Assembly: GCA_964016885.1 (NCBI GenBank)
Contig: OZ024741.1
Span: 213,032,001-213,096,000 of the forward strand
DNA from: Eledone cirrhosa
Taxonomy: Eukaryota
Length of the DNA: 64,000 bases
Direction of reading: 5' to 3'
In this document: positions 29,209-43,065 of the stretch, piece by piece
How positions within the stretch are numbered: the stretch's first letter is position 1
Layout: each line of letters begins with the position of its first letter
Position numbers and translations under genes: made by a program
The notes under the pieces: generated by a model
Told to the model about the DNA's origin: nothing
The model's database searches: none
The model's input: the letters and a program-made list of their open reading frames with translations, nothing else

Positions 29209-30239
29209 TTAACATTAGAAGGTCTGACAATTCGTTTGTCTCCTTTTAGTTCCCTAAACGAAATATACGCACCTAAAATATAAATCAATGTGGATACAAC
29301 ATGGCCGAACGGTTCAGATCTTAGCTTCGTCACCAATAGGTCCCGAGGTTGAGCCCAGTGCGTGACATCTTCGACAAGTTTCATTTACCATAGCTTCGAG
29401 TCGATCGATGCCTTGCGAGTGACATTGTGTTGATAAACTCTTTGGGAGTCTCGGATAGTCTTTAAAAGTAATTTAAAAGCCAAGCTTGTCACATACTGTG
29501 TCATGTTGACTTTCTTCGAGAATTACGTTAAAGTTACGTGACTTTGTGAAATTCTCAGCCACTTTTATGTTAATTTCATCTGCGGGCTTTCTTATATATC
29601 GAACAACTGGAACACTCATCTTCAAAACCGACAGAAAACCATACATATTAATCAGCAGTTTTGTTTAACGAATTTAAGCGATTTACTTAAATTCTCACCA
29701 ATTTAAAATTTCCCAGTGGCCCTTGACAACGACTCAACAACAAGAACAACAGATTCCCTGTTGGAGACGGAAGAATACCGTATTTAACAATTCGTAAAGC
29801 TTATAACAGGAACACGAATTGAAGAAGATCTCTGATTAAACGTTGAAAGATAAATGGCAAGATAATTCCTTCATTAACTCGCCATATCCACTAATGGAAT
29901 AGCAGTTCTCTGAAATTACAGATAATCTTTTAATGAAAGCAAATCTTAGAAATCATTATTGAAAATAGCAGAGTACTCTCGGGCTTTTGTCATCCAAGTT
30001 AATCCGTCATATTGATGTTCCTCATGTTCATCCAAGTTGCTTGAGAATTAGACGTTAAGAATTGAATGTGAAAATTATTGGTCATTAAATTATATGTTCA
30101 GTTCTTGGCTAACAATCAAAAAGTTACATGAACGAAGCCCCTCCCCCTTCCTACCCAACCATACTACCACGGGTTTAGTTTAAATATGGCTTCTTTCATA
30201 ACCTGTATCCCCTTCACCCCATCTCTCTCTGCTGCTTCA

Positions 30240-30263
30240 TCTCTATCTACCTATCTATCTATC

Positions 30264-30314
<51 letters not shown>

Positions 30315-30381
30315 TTATCTGTCTATCTGCCTCTCTATCTGTATATCTGTCTCTCTATCTACCAATCTGTATGTCTGTCTT

Positions 30382-30443
<62 letters not shown>

Positions 30444-30500
30444 CACCTATCTATTTGTCTGCTTATCTACAAATCTGCCTATCAATCTGTCTATCTATCT
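30240..30500. repeat. (TATC)n microsatellite, 5' flank of Tx1 copy 1
   Basis: Direct observation. Confidence 0.95.
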
Positions 30501-33500
30501 AGAGGGACATTACCTTCATACAGAAGGGAAAACTCTTCGGGAGCTTATCAATAATAATGAAAGACCAATTGACGGCACATAAATATTCTATGTCGCCAAC
30601 TGTGTCCCCCCTCTACACCTTTTCCCCCACATATATGGGAAAAAGGACCCAACAAATAAGAGTAACAAATAACACACCAAATGTAAACATCTGGTGGATA
30701 TTAGCTGGTTTCATCAATTTTGATGAAGATACAGTAATTTCGGTAGGAAAGTCCTCCAGGGGCATATTCAACGGTACAAGCTTAGAAGTTCTGGTCCAAA
30801 TGAGACCAGAACGGATAGCTAGAATACCACAACGTGTGCCTCTGGATGGAAATTCCTACATAAACATTTCTGTTGAGGGTAGGCGGCCTTCATGTTACCA
30901 GTGTTTAAGCAGTGATCACCTGAGGGCTTCCTGTCCTCAATTAGCTGCATTAAAAAAAGGCACTACGGCCGACACCTAACACAACAACACAACCACCACT
31001 ACCACAACAACAACACTCAAAAATAACAAAAACAAACCAAACTGCAAACACAGTCCCACCCAAACATTCCCCACCTAAAACAACTCCAAAAGCACCCACA
31101 TGCACAACAGCTCCCCAAAACGTACCCCTCCCCAATCAAACAGATACCACAACGGACGAAGCCCCCTCGTCATCACTCAGCGATGATGAGGGAGAACCCC
31201 TCCGCTCCAAAAAAGAGAAAAAAAAAACGTAACACGAACAAAAAGGCAACAGACACACAACCACCAACACAAACAACACAAACATTACAAACAAAAATCC
31301 CCCCTCCCGAAAACGAAACAATGACAACACTCCAAACACAAATACCCACAACAAAACGAAAACACAGACAAGAATAACAGACAAAAACTAACACAACACA
31401 ACAAAAATATTATACTTACATAAACACTGACAATAAAACCTTGATGGAGGTGATCTCCAAAAACCCTTCCGTGGAAACCGAAGGAAAATATTATACCAAA
31501 TGTAAAGACAGACCTAATTTAAGGATGATTAGGGTCCCTACGGACACCTATAAGTCCTTAAAGGAAAACTTTGCTGAGGACGTGGGGGAAATGTGTGTTA
31601 AACCAACGAAGTGCGTCCTCTTGAAACATTTCCCCACCCCCGCCCCAGAGACCCCACACTACCAGACACCCCCTCCCCACCAAACATCTCCGTCCCCGCC
31701 CACCAGAAACCACCACCCTACCAAACAACCCCTCCAACACCCCCATGGACATTGTGCAGCCTGGCCCCAGGAGACGAGGATGTGAGTGATTTCTATTCCA
31801 TTTCTTTTAACTTTTCGGCACCAACATGGCCAGTATAGTTGGATGTGTGAATGTCCACGGCCTGGGAGTGCCCTGGAAACAGGGCACACTCTTAAACGAC
31901 CTCAGGTCGCACAGTATTGATGTAGGAGCCATTTGCGAGTCCAGGATCCACAGCGAGCGACCGCTAGCCCCAATCTTCGACGTCTTTGAGATCTATGCAT
32001 CTCTCTGTCAGCCGGGAAGTGGGGGCGGGGTTGCAGTTTTGCTGCGGAAGCACCTGGACCTCGTAACACAGACGATACATCTGGACCCGGAGGGTCGACT
32101 GGTGGTCCTAGGCGTTGATGGTAGTGAAGGTGGAGCCTTCAGGCTGGTGGCCGCATATGCCCCATCCGGGACACCGCGGCCAGACTTCTTCAAACGTCTA
32201 GAGACTTTTCTGGGAACATCCCGTTCTTTGCTTTTAGTGGGTGACTGGAATGGAATCTTAGATGCACGTTGGGACTATGTAGGAGCATGTCCCAATAAAG
32301 CGGAGTGTAACAGCCTCAAACAGTTAATCGGCCGATTTGACCTGGCCGATAGATATCGACTAGATTTTCCGACTGTGCCACTGTGGACGTGGACTAATAT
32401 TAGCGGAACATCTAGATCGTACCTATATAGGGTTCTAGTTAGAAATAAAGATAGGGACATGTTAAGCTGTCCACAAATGTTCATGGTTGCCTATTCAGAT
32501 CACAAACTAGTGACCTGCATGGTCAACCTTGATAGAACCCATAGATAAGGTCCCGGCTACTGGAAGCTGAACTTGTCGTTACCGACATGCAAAGTCTACA
32601 GTAGACGGATTAGCACTTTAGTTAAACAGCACTTGACATGGGCCATTGTCAACAACAGATGGTGGTACACTCTCAAGAGGGCAGTTAGATTAGACTCGTT
32701 AGTTTTTAGTAAAGAATTAGCGTTAAATAGAAATAGGACCGAGAAGGAACTGATAGATGAAGTAGAAGAGGCAATTAGAAGTGGCAACGTAGCCAGCGTG
32801 CTAACAACGAGAACGGCCTTGGACCAGTTCTTCGACGCAAAGCACGAGGGCTGCGTTGTCAGAAGCAAAGTACATGCTCTGTGTAATGAGGGAGCCAAAG
32901 CTGTTAGCTGGGCCCGGGTAACGGAGGCAAAAAGTGGCAATAAGTCCACGATTAGGTCTTTAAAGGACCAAGATGGACGCATGATACGTGAGCCGAAGCA
33001 CATGTGTGCGGCCTTTCAATGGCACTTTGCTCAGCTGTTCGGGCAAGGCGGCGCGCCGGGAGGAGCTATGGATTTCAGTCCATACCTCGACGGCCTACCG
33101 CGACTCTCGGACAGCGAGGCGAAGTTCTGCAAAAAGCGGATTTCAGCCGCTGAGATAAGGGACGCGCTGAGCCAATGCGGAAAACGCAAATCCCCAGGTC
33201 TTGACGGTCTACCCTATGAATTTTACGTAGCAATGCCGGACTTGTTCTCCGGTCTCCTGGAAGCGGTCTACTGCAACTGGCAGCAGAACGGGAGAATTCT
33301 CAGTTCTGTGACCAGGGGTGTAGTCACACTAGTCAAGAAGGACGAGAATAAGGGGGATGACATATGCAACTTCCGGCCCATAACTCTGCTAAACACAGAG
33401 TTACAGATTTTGGCCAAGGTGTTGGCAAAGAGACTGGCGCTTATCGTCGAAAACCTGGTGGAAGAAGCGCAGACATGCGCAATCCCGACCAGGTCCATAC

Positions 33501-35490
33501 ACGACAACCTACACCTCATGCGATACATCATAGAGAGGGTAGCGTGTAAACCCGGCTTCGGTGGGGAACTGATCAACTTGGATCAGTCTAAGGCTTTCGA
33601 TAGGGCTGACCATCGTTACCTGGATGCGGTGCTCGAGGCGGCAGGCTTCGGACCCGTGTTCAAGGGTGGATTGCTGCAATGTACAACAGCAACATCTGCT
33701 CAAGGGTCAAGGTGAACAGCTACCTCTCAGAGCCGTTCCATATAACGCGATCCATTCGAAAGGGATGCCCTCTCTCCTCCCTTCTGTAGGTACTGACTCT
33801 CGAGCCACTACTGCGGAAGTTAGAGCTATTGCAGGGCAAACCCTCTGGAACCGGGACTGAGGAAAGCGGCGTCGATATACGCCGACGACATAACAGTAAT
33901 GGTATCGAGCACCTCGCAAATCAAGGAAGTCGGCAACTTACTGAAGGAATACGAAAGCTTCACAGGAGCGAAGCTGAGCCGGGACAAGTTCATCGGTTTG
34001 CAACTCGGATCGTGGTGAGGCAAACCGATGCCTTCCGATGGCGTCGTCGGACGCTGGACGGAAGGACCGCTAAAAGTGCTCGGGGTCTGGTTTGGTCCGG
34101 GTGGAAAAGAACTAGAACAAGGTGACGGCCAAGGTGTTTGTACTCACCCAGAAGTGGGCCGAGTGCAAACTATCCTTGAAAGGTCGAGCGGAGGTGGCGA
34201 ACACTTTTATAGCGTCCGTCATCTACTACCGCTTGACCGTCGTAGCTTGCTCAGCCAAAACGCTCACCAAAATGGAGCGTGCTCTCTTCCAATTCATTTG
34301 GAAGAAGCGGGCTCCTTTGGTGAGAAGATCCATCTGCTGCCAATACCCTTCCAACGGAGGGCTAGGGATGCCGTGACTGACGATGTGCAAACACGCGCTC
34401 AGGCTGCGGTATCTCTACGTATTCCTCACCGGACAACTGGTGTGGGCTCCGTTCGTGAGGCGAGCCTTCCCACGACTCGTCTCGCTGACCGAGCTGCAGT
34501 CCTGGGTCAAGGAATGACCGATGAATATGGGTGACTGGCACATTGAATGTGCTCAGGCGCTCACAGCCCTCTGGCAGGCGGACACGGCGATCAGTGGAGA
34601 CTCCACTTCGTCATTCTATAGAGGGTTGATCCGCAGCAAGTGCAACGACGCGCTCGGAGAAGTTCTAGGCGTAGAGGAAGACGCACTGGCCAGTCTGTTT
34701 GGTAGGACCTTTCGCCCGGAACCAATGGACAACTTCCAAAAGTCCCTGGCCTGGCAGTGCTACCGAGGAGCTCTACCAGTTTGAGACAAGCTCTACAGAC
34801 ATGGGCGCCCGGGCAGGGACCCTTCGAAAAAGATCTGTCCGAGATGCGTGCGAGACGAAGAAACTGTCGCGCACGCATTCATACACTACCCGGGCGTTAC
34901 CGACCTGTGGGGCTATGTAGAACGACTATTGTCGCGGGTGGGACCAATCCGATTGACCACCGAGTCCATCGTCATGGTCAAGCCGCCACCCTCCTTCAAA
35001 AACGAAGGAGAGGGGGTTTTCTTTGTGTGATAGCTATGGCGAAAGAGATTGTATGGTGGACAAGGTTGAAAGGGCTGAGGTCAGACACCTTTCTCTCCGG
35101 GCAACAACTGATTCTTTTTTTCAAATACCACTTTGGAAGAAGAATCAGGATGGAGAGAGATGTGCTGTACCCCAGCAAGTTTTATGAAAGGTGGGTGAAA
35201 GTGGCGAGATTGGCCCGAGTGAATGGGCCTTCTTCTCTATATCAGCCTGTAGGTTGAGGAAAAGGAGGAAGAGAGGAAAGGGGTACAAACTCTTCGTACT
35301 CCTGGAGATGAGGGTTGCACATTTTTTCGGGGGTATGTGTTACCCATATGAAATGTCACCCCCTATTGGGGAAAATCGATTAACTTTTCAATTGCATTTG
35401 TGATAATAAATTACACGTTTTTATTGTATGTAAACTTCCCCCTTTGTATTTGTCCCCTTCTTTTGTGCCCCTGTGGCTAATAAAGAAACA
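30501..35490 (+). mobile_element. Tx1-clade (L1 group) LINE copy 1, 5'-truncated and pseudogenised
   Basis: ORF1 remnants with CCHC knuckle (CYQCLSSDHLRASC), APE endonuclease (GCVNVHG, GDWN, SDH), RT (SPGLDG, FRPITLLN, DQSKAFD, YADD) and C-terminal CPRC..ETVAH; many stops and frameshifts; ends AATAAAGAAACA then (TATC)n. Confidence 0.95.
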
Positions 35491-35929
35491 TATCTATCTA
35501 TCTATCAAGCTATCTACCTCTCCCTCTTATTCTCTCTCTCTCTCACTCTCTCTCTGGCTCACTCATGTATGTATGTATGTATGTATGTATGTATGTATGT
35601 ATGTATGTATGTATGTGTATGTATGTATGTATGTATGTATGTATGTATGTATGTATGTATGTATGTGCTACAAGCAAGCGGATAGATAACACAGAAAAAC
35701 AGTAGAGTGCAATGAAGATATATATATATATATTAGTGTTAAGCTTCACATAATAGAGAAAGTGTCTTAGCGTTTCGAACGTCAGAGGATAGAAAGACAT
35801 ATAAAATGAGAAATAGAAATATAGACGAGAATATGAGAGGAAGTGATGGAGGGACAGCATGTTTTTTTTAGTTAGCAATTTGTCACAAATATCATATCTA
35901 TGCGTGCGCCTGTGTAATGGCAACAAATT

Positions 35930-37000
35930 GGTGAATTCGTTTAAATGTTTGATAAAATGCCTTGCGGTATTCGTGTCGGCATTGTGTTCAAATCCCGCCG
36001 AGGTCAAATTTGCCTTTCATACTTTTCATATTTAGATTCAGTATGATAGTTAGGACATGATCTCACCAACGTTTATATATTAGTGTCTTGTATCTAGTCA
36101 CATCGATCGTAAGGTCGTTTGTGTGATTCTCGCCGACACGTTGTATCCTTGAACAAGGCACTTTATTTCACGTCGATTCAGTCAATACTAGGCCAACTAC
36201 CTCCTCGGGTCTAGCAGTTTTTTCTTCTCTACCAGAGGTATTAGCAATACATTTCTATAGTGTTTGTGTGAACGTGTCTGGTTTAGTGTTTCGGACTGAA
36301 GATCATAAGATGGTGATATCGAGTCTGGATTGCAATGTTGTGACTTTGAGAAAGACACATCTTTTCATGAGGATTCAGTCCTCTCAGATGACAAAAAATA
36401 TATTTGAGTTATATCTCTAATTCAAAGTGATAATTTGCCACATCTTTTGTCGTGCTGAATCTCCCTGAGAACTACTTAAGCTTTCATATGTCTGTGGAAA
36501 TCTCAACAATTTGCATAGTTATTTCATGAACAGGCTTTTCCGTTCTATGAACAACATGAACACTACTCATTATAAGCGAAGGCGACCTAATATACACTAT
36601 ACTATGTAATAGGAGGTTGGTAGAATGGAAGTATCGGTAGAGCGTCGGACACCTAGCTTTATTTCATATTGTTTTGCCTCTTTACGATCTGAGTTCAAAT
36701 CCTGCTGAGGTTAGCTTTGCCTTTCATCATAGTGGGGTCGGTAAAAATAAAGTACCGATCGATTTAATCTATTTTCCCCACCACAAAATGGTTAGCCTTG
36801 TGACTAAATTAGAAATCAATATTTAGAAATAGGCGACCCATTGGCAGAGTTTTGTAGCGTTGGATTAAATGCCTCGGCATTAAATACCCCGGTATATAAC
36901 ACTCTGAGTTCAAATCTTGTTCAGATCAACTTTGACTCTGCTTTTCTTCTAATTCGGGGTTCATTCTTTTGTTCAAACAACTGGAACACTCGTCGCCGGA
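35930..37000 (+). mobile_element. Cluster of degenerate SINEs (S1- and S2-like)
   Basis: S1 motifs at ~35985-36020, 36690-36820 and 36900-36960; S2-like at ~36110-36180 and 36280-36390. Confidence 0.65.
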
Positions 37001-37893
37001 AATGATTGAAACCCACCAGACAGAACCAACTGTATCTAGTCATAAGAAATATATTTTATAAATCGGTTGAGTGAACGATAACAAGAGACTAGTCTGCGTT
37101 ATTTTCGATTTTGTATGTGCATTGTTTTATTTTTCTATATCTTCAGCTGTATTTAATGTTATTTTAGAAAATTAACAAAGTGTTAAAAGACTCAATGAAT
37201 TGCAACAACCGCCTTCGTTACTATTAGCTTGTTAAACATTCAATACACTTTTGTTATTTCTGTTTGGTGAGGAGGTTTGTATTTTTATTGCTAAATACAT
37301 TCAACATTCTCTGTTTTAAAAGATTCTAATATGTTTAATAATTCTATTAGTCGAACAGTTTTTCCTCTTTCTCTCTATCTTTCCCCCTCCCCCACATGAT
37401 TTGTAAGGTTAGTAATAAAAGACACACAGAACGGTTTTTATTACGATAAAATAATTACCGATCGAAACGAGTTTGATATCCGATTCATAACAGAATCAAT
37501 CAAACTAGCTGATTAACGATAGCGAGGCTCGTTATTCTGATAGTCGTGTGCTCGGGTAGAACTTTGAATTGATACCTAAACAAAAGGGTGCAGATACTAA
37601 TTGGAAAATAATATTGCAAATAGATAGAGTAACCAGCAAACACTTTCAAAATACTGCACGGTATGTTTGTTTGAATGACTGGGAATCGTCAAGCGAGAGT
37701 CTTTTGATCTCTCTTGCTCTGTCTCTTGCCCCTCTCACCCTCCCTTTATGTCTCTCTCTCACTCTCTCTCTCTCACTCTCTCTCTCTCTCTCTTTCTCTC
37801 TCACTCTCACTAACTCTCTCTGTTTCTTTCGTCCCCTATCTCCCTCTTTCTCCCCTTTTACCCTCCTCCCTCTGGTTTTCTCCCTCCCTCCCT

Positions 37894-37958
<65 letters not shown>

Positions 37959-38214
37959 CTTTCCTATCTCGCTCCACCAACTCTCGGGGGACATTATTTC
38001 ATGTTTATGTCTAACGTCCTTTGTCTTTGTCTTTATTGTCCAAGTAAATAGATACATATAATGCTATTCGTATTAATATTTGTTAAATCACAGCGAAAGA
38101 ACAAGCAATAAATGTGGCTTGATGTTGGTCATTATGATAAAATAGCTTAATCAAATTACTACTACTGCACATCTAGAAACGTTTTTACATCATAGTCGCA
38201 TATATCGGAGAGAT

Positions 38215-40665
38215 GGTATGGTAGATGCTTTGGTGAGGATGGTATGAAAGGTACTTTGGTTAGAATTAAGTCTGAATGGTATGGTAGGTTCTTTGGTTAT
38301 AATTAAGTCTGAATGGTATGGTAGGTTCTTTGGTTATAATCAAGTCTGAATGGTATGGTAGTTACATTGGTTAGAATGGTGTTTGAATGGTATTGTAGGT
38401 ACTTTGGTTAGAATTAAGTCTGAATGGTATGATAGATTATTTGGTTCGTTAGAATGAAGTTTGAATGGTATGGTAGGCACTTTGGTGAGAATGGTATGGT
38501 AGGTACTTTGGTGAGAATGGAGTTTGAATGGTATGTTAGGTACTTTGGTCAGAATGGTATGATAGGTACTTTGGTTAGAATGGAGTTTGAATAGTATGGT
38601 AGGTACTTTGGTTAGAATTAAGTCTGAATGGTATGATAGATTATTTGGTTCGTTAGAATTAAGTCTGAATGGTATGGTAGGCACTTTGGTGAGAATGGTA
38701 TGGTAGGTACTTTGGTGAGAATGGAATTTGAATGGTATGGTAGGTACTTTGGTGAGAATGGTATGATAGGTACTTTGGTTAGAATGGAGTTTGAATGGTA
38801 TGGTAGGTACTTTGGTTAGAATTAAGTCTGAATGGTATGATAGATTATCTGGTTCGTTAGAATTAAGTCTGAATGGTATGGTAGGCACTTTGGTGAGAAT
38901 GGTATGGTAGGTACTTTGATGAGAATGGAGTTTGAATGGTATGGTAGGTACTTTGGTTAGAATGGAGTTTGAATGGTATGATAGATTCTTTAGTTAGAAT
39001 GGACTTTGAATGGTATGGTAGGTACTTTGGTGATAAATGAGTTTTAATGGTATGGTAGTTACTTTGGTGAGAATGGAGATTCAATTATATGGTAGGTACT
39101 TTGGTGAGAATGGTATGATAGGTACTTTCGTGAGAAATGAGTTTTAAAGGTATAGTAGTTACTTTGGTGAGAATGGAGTTTGAATGGTATGGTAGGTACT
39201 TTGGTGAGAATGTAGTTTGAATGGTATGGTAGGTACTATGGTTAGAATTAAGTTTCAATGGTATAGTAGATACTTTGGTTAGAATGGAATTTGAATGGTA
39301 TGGTAGCTTCTTTGGTGAGAATGAAGTTAGAATGGTATGGTAGATTCTTTGGTTAGAATGAACTTTGAATGGTATGGTAGGTACTTTGGTTAGAATAGAG
39401 TTTGAATGGTATGGTAGTTACTTTGGTAAAAATGGTATGATAGGTACTTTGGTTAGAATTTAGTCTGAATGGTTTGATAGAATCTTTGATTGGTTGGAAT
39501 GAAGTTTGAATGGTATGGCAGGTACTTTGGCGAGAATGGTAAGGTAGGTACTTTGGTGAGAATGGAGATTGAATGGTATGGTAGGTACTTTGGTGAGAAT
39601 TGAATCTGAATGGTGTGGTAGATTCTTTGGTTAGAATGAACTTTGAATGGTATGGTAGTTACTTTGGTGAGAATGGAGTTTGAATGGTTTGCTAGGTACT
39701 TTGATTAGTATGGATCTTGAATGGTATAGTAGGTACTTTGGTGAGAATGGTATGATAGGTACTTTGGTTAGAATTAAATCTGAATGGTATGATAGAGTCT
39801 TTGGTTGGTTGGAATGAAGTTTGAATGGTATAGTAGTTACTTTGGTGAGAATGGTATTTTAGGTACTTTGGTTAGAATGGAGTTTGAATGATATGGTAGA
39901 TACTTTGGTTAGAATGGTGTTTGAATGGTATGATAAATACTTTCGTTAGAATTAGGTCTGAATGGTATGATAGATTCTTTAGTTAGAATGGAGTTTGAAT
40001 AGTATGGTAGGTACTTTGTTGAGAATGAAGTTTGAATGGTATGGTAGGTACTTTGGTTAGAATGGAGCTTGAATGGTTTGGTAGATACTTTGTAGAGAAT
40101 TAAGTCTGAATGGTATGATAGAGTCTTTGGTTGGTTGATTAGTTGGTTGGTTGGAATGAAGTTTGAATGGTATGGTAGTTACTTTGGTGAGAATGGTATG
40201 ATAACTTTGGTTAGAATAGAGTTTGAATAGTATGGTAGGTACTTTGGTTAGAATGGAGTTTGAATGGTATGGTAGGTACTTTGGTTAGAATTAAGTCTGA
40301 ATGGTATAACAGATTATTTAGTTAGAATGGAGTTTGAACGGTATGTTAGGTACTTTGGTGAGAAATGAGTTTTAATGGGATGGTACTTACTTTGGTGAGA
40401 ATGGAGTTTGAATGGTATGATAGGTACTTTGGTGAGAATGGAGTTTTATGGTATGGTACTATGGTTAGAATTAAGTTTGAATGGTATAGTAGATACTTTG
40501 GTTAGAATGGAATTTGAATGGTATGGTAGCTTCTTTGGTGAGAATGAAGTTTGAATGGTATGGTAGATTCTTTGGTTAGAATGAACTTTGAATGGTATGG
40601 TAGGTATTTTGGTGAGAATGAAGTTTGAATGGTATGGTAGGTATTTTGGAGAGAATGAAGTTTGA
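38215..40665. repeat. Minisatellite of mixed 37-bp and 26-bp units (GAATGGTATGGTAGGTACTTTGGTTAGAATGGAGTTT)
   Basis: 37-bp period at 38281/38318; shorter units lack the 11-bp GAATGGAGTTT segment. Confidence 0.95.
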
Positions 40666-40806
40666 GGCATGGAGTTACGGCCCTTGCCATTCTGCCATTC
40701 AAATCCCGCCCAGGTTAACTTTGCTTTTCATCCTTACGGGGTCGATAAAATAAATTCCCAGTAAAGTACTGAGTAATTGCTGGCCTTGTGCCAAAAGTAG
40801 AAACCA
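40666..40806 (+). mobile_element. SINE S1, 5'-truncated
   Basis: S1 consensus through GGCCTTGTGCCAAAAGTAGAAAC. Confidence 0.88.
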
Positions 40807-40879
40807 TGGTTTGAAGTAGCATTGACTTCTATTTTTAGCTGGTGAAATGGCCACAAAGACCTGCTAGCATTGGCTCATG

Positions 40880-41915
40880 GAGTTGTGCGTCTAAATGTCA
40901 CATGATATAGTGTGATTTGAGGGAGATTTGACTGCTATTTCTAGCAGATGAAACAACCACATAGACGTGCTATCAATGGCTTGTTGGTTTATGATGTGCA
41001 TCTGAATGTCAAAGAGTAGGGAGTGATTTAAGGTAGAGTTGACTGCTATTTCTAGGCCATAAAAAGACGTACTACCAATGGTTTGTTGGTTTGTGACGTT
41101 TTGCCTCAAAATTTCTCATGAGTTAATGTGGTTTGAGGGGGATTTGGTTACTATTTCTAGCACATTAAAACACCACATAGACATACTACCGATGCCTTGT
41201 TCGCTTATGACGTTATGCGTCTAAATGCCTCTTGACTTAGTGTATTTGAGGGAGATTTGACTTCTATTTGTAGCGCATTAAAAGACCACATAGACGTGTT
41301 ACCAATGACTTGCTGGTTTAAGACGTTATGCGTCTAAATGCCTCATGACTTAGTGTATTTGAGGGGGATTGACTGCTATTTCTAGCACATTAAAACACCA
41401 CATAGGCGTGCTATAGATGACTTGTTCCTTTATGACGTTATGCGTCTAAATGTCTTATGACTTAATATGGTTTAAGGGGGGATTTGCCTGCTATTTCTAG
41501 CACATAAAAAGACCACATAGACGTAATACCGGTGCCTTGTTCGTTTATGACATGCGTGTAAATGTCTTGTGACTTAGTGTGGTTTGAGGAGGATTTGACT
41601 GCTATTTCTAGTCCATAAAAAGACCACATAGACGTACTACCAAAGACTTGTTCGTTTATCACGTTATACGACTGAATGTCTTATGACTTAGTGTGGTTTG
41701 AGGGGCATTTGACTGCTATTTCTAGCATGTTAAAACACCACATAGACGTGTTACCGATGGTTTGTTGGTTTATGACGTTATAAGTCTGAATGTCTCATGA
41801 TTTAGTGTGGTTTGAGCCGGGTTGGGGGGGGTGACTGCTATTTCTAGCACGTTAAAACACCACCTAGACGTGCTACCAATGACTTGTTCGTTTATGACGT
41901 TATACGTCTGGATGT
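40880..41915. repeat. ~113-bp tandem repeat, about 9 units
   Basis: GCTATTTCTAG-like core at ~40934, 41045, 41150, 41263, 41375, 41490, 41601, 41715 and 41837. Confidence 0.9.
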
Positions 41916-42263
41916 TAAGTTGAGAGCAACAAGGTAGGTGTTTTTTCTAGACAAACCATGGAATTAACGTTTCCTTTCAACTTAACATCTAAATATTTGA
42001 CCATTTCCTATCAACATTAGAACTTATATTTATGTTATGTTATGTTTATTATCGAATATACATCGAACAGCTAATAACAGTTAATATCTATCGATCTGCC
42101 ACTTTAACGACACACTGTGTTATTATCAAGTCTGTGTAAATGGCCAATAAATCATTTTCATATCACTTTTTTCAAGATGTGATTTCAGATAACCAGCACT
42201 GCTTAGTTGACACACGAGGTCACTTATTGATTTAATATATTTTTCTTTTCGACTAATGTGTCA

Positions 42264-42479
<216 letters not shown>

Positions 42480-42497
42480 TATAATATATATATATAT

Positions 42498-42626
<129 letters not shown>

Positions 42627-43065
42627 CGTTATTCCGGGTTGAATCGGAGGTAACCACAGTAAGTAAGGTACTCAATACATAGCAGAGTATAACAGTTTTA
42701 ATATAGATGAGATTCTACAGGACTAGAACTGTTTCATTCATTAGAAATCATCTGGGGTGCAGTGCCTCTCTCTCCACACTGATTCTCCTTCTAAAGTCGT
42801 ACCTAAAGAAGGGAATAGATAGATAGATAGATAAATTTCTATTTATTTGCCACGAGGGCACAAAAGAAGGGGACATTTACACAGTGGGGGAGTTTACATA
42901 AATCGAGTAAAGAAAAAAGGAATAACAATAATAATATAACAATAAAAAGTCCTCAAAAGGGAGGGGGCGTGTTGGGGATTGCACATACCCCCGAAAAGTG
43001 TGCAACTCTTTTCGCGGGGGAAGCCCAGAGAGGAGGCGCTCCCCCTTTCCTCTTCACTTCTTCAC

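Noticed and set aside
29685-29915. Possible minus-strand host exon (TTTCAG acceptor, GTAAAT donor)
   Set aside because: Stops occur in all three frames and there is no homology or expression evidence; a non-coding exon cannot be excluded.
37430-37700. Unique sequence that might be a promoter or first exon
   Set aside because: No diagnostic motif; it cannot be supported without conservation or RNA data.
38215-41915. CRISPR-like array
   Set aside because: Units are contiguous tandem repeats without unique spacers, there are no cas genes, and the context is eukaryotic.
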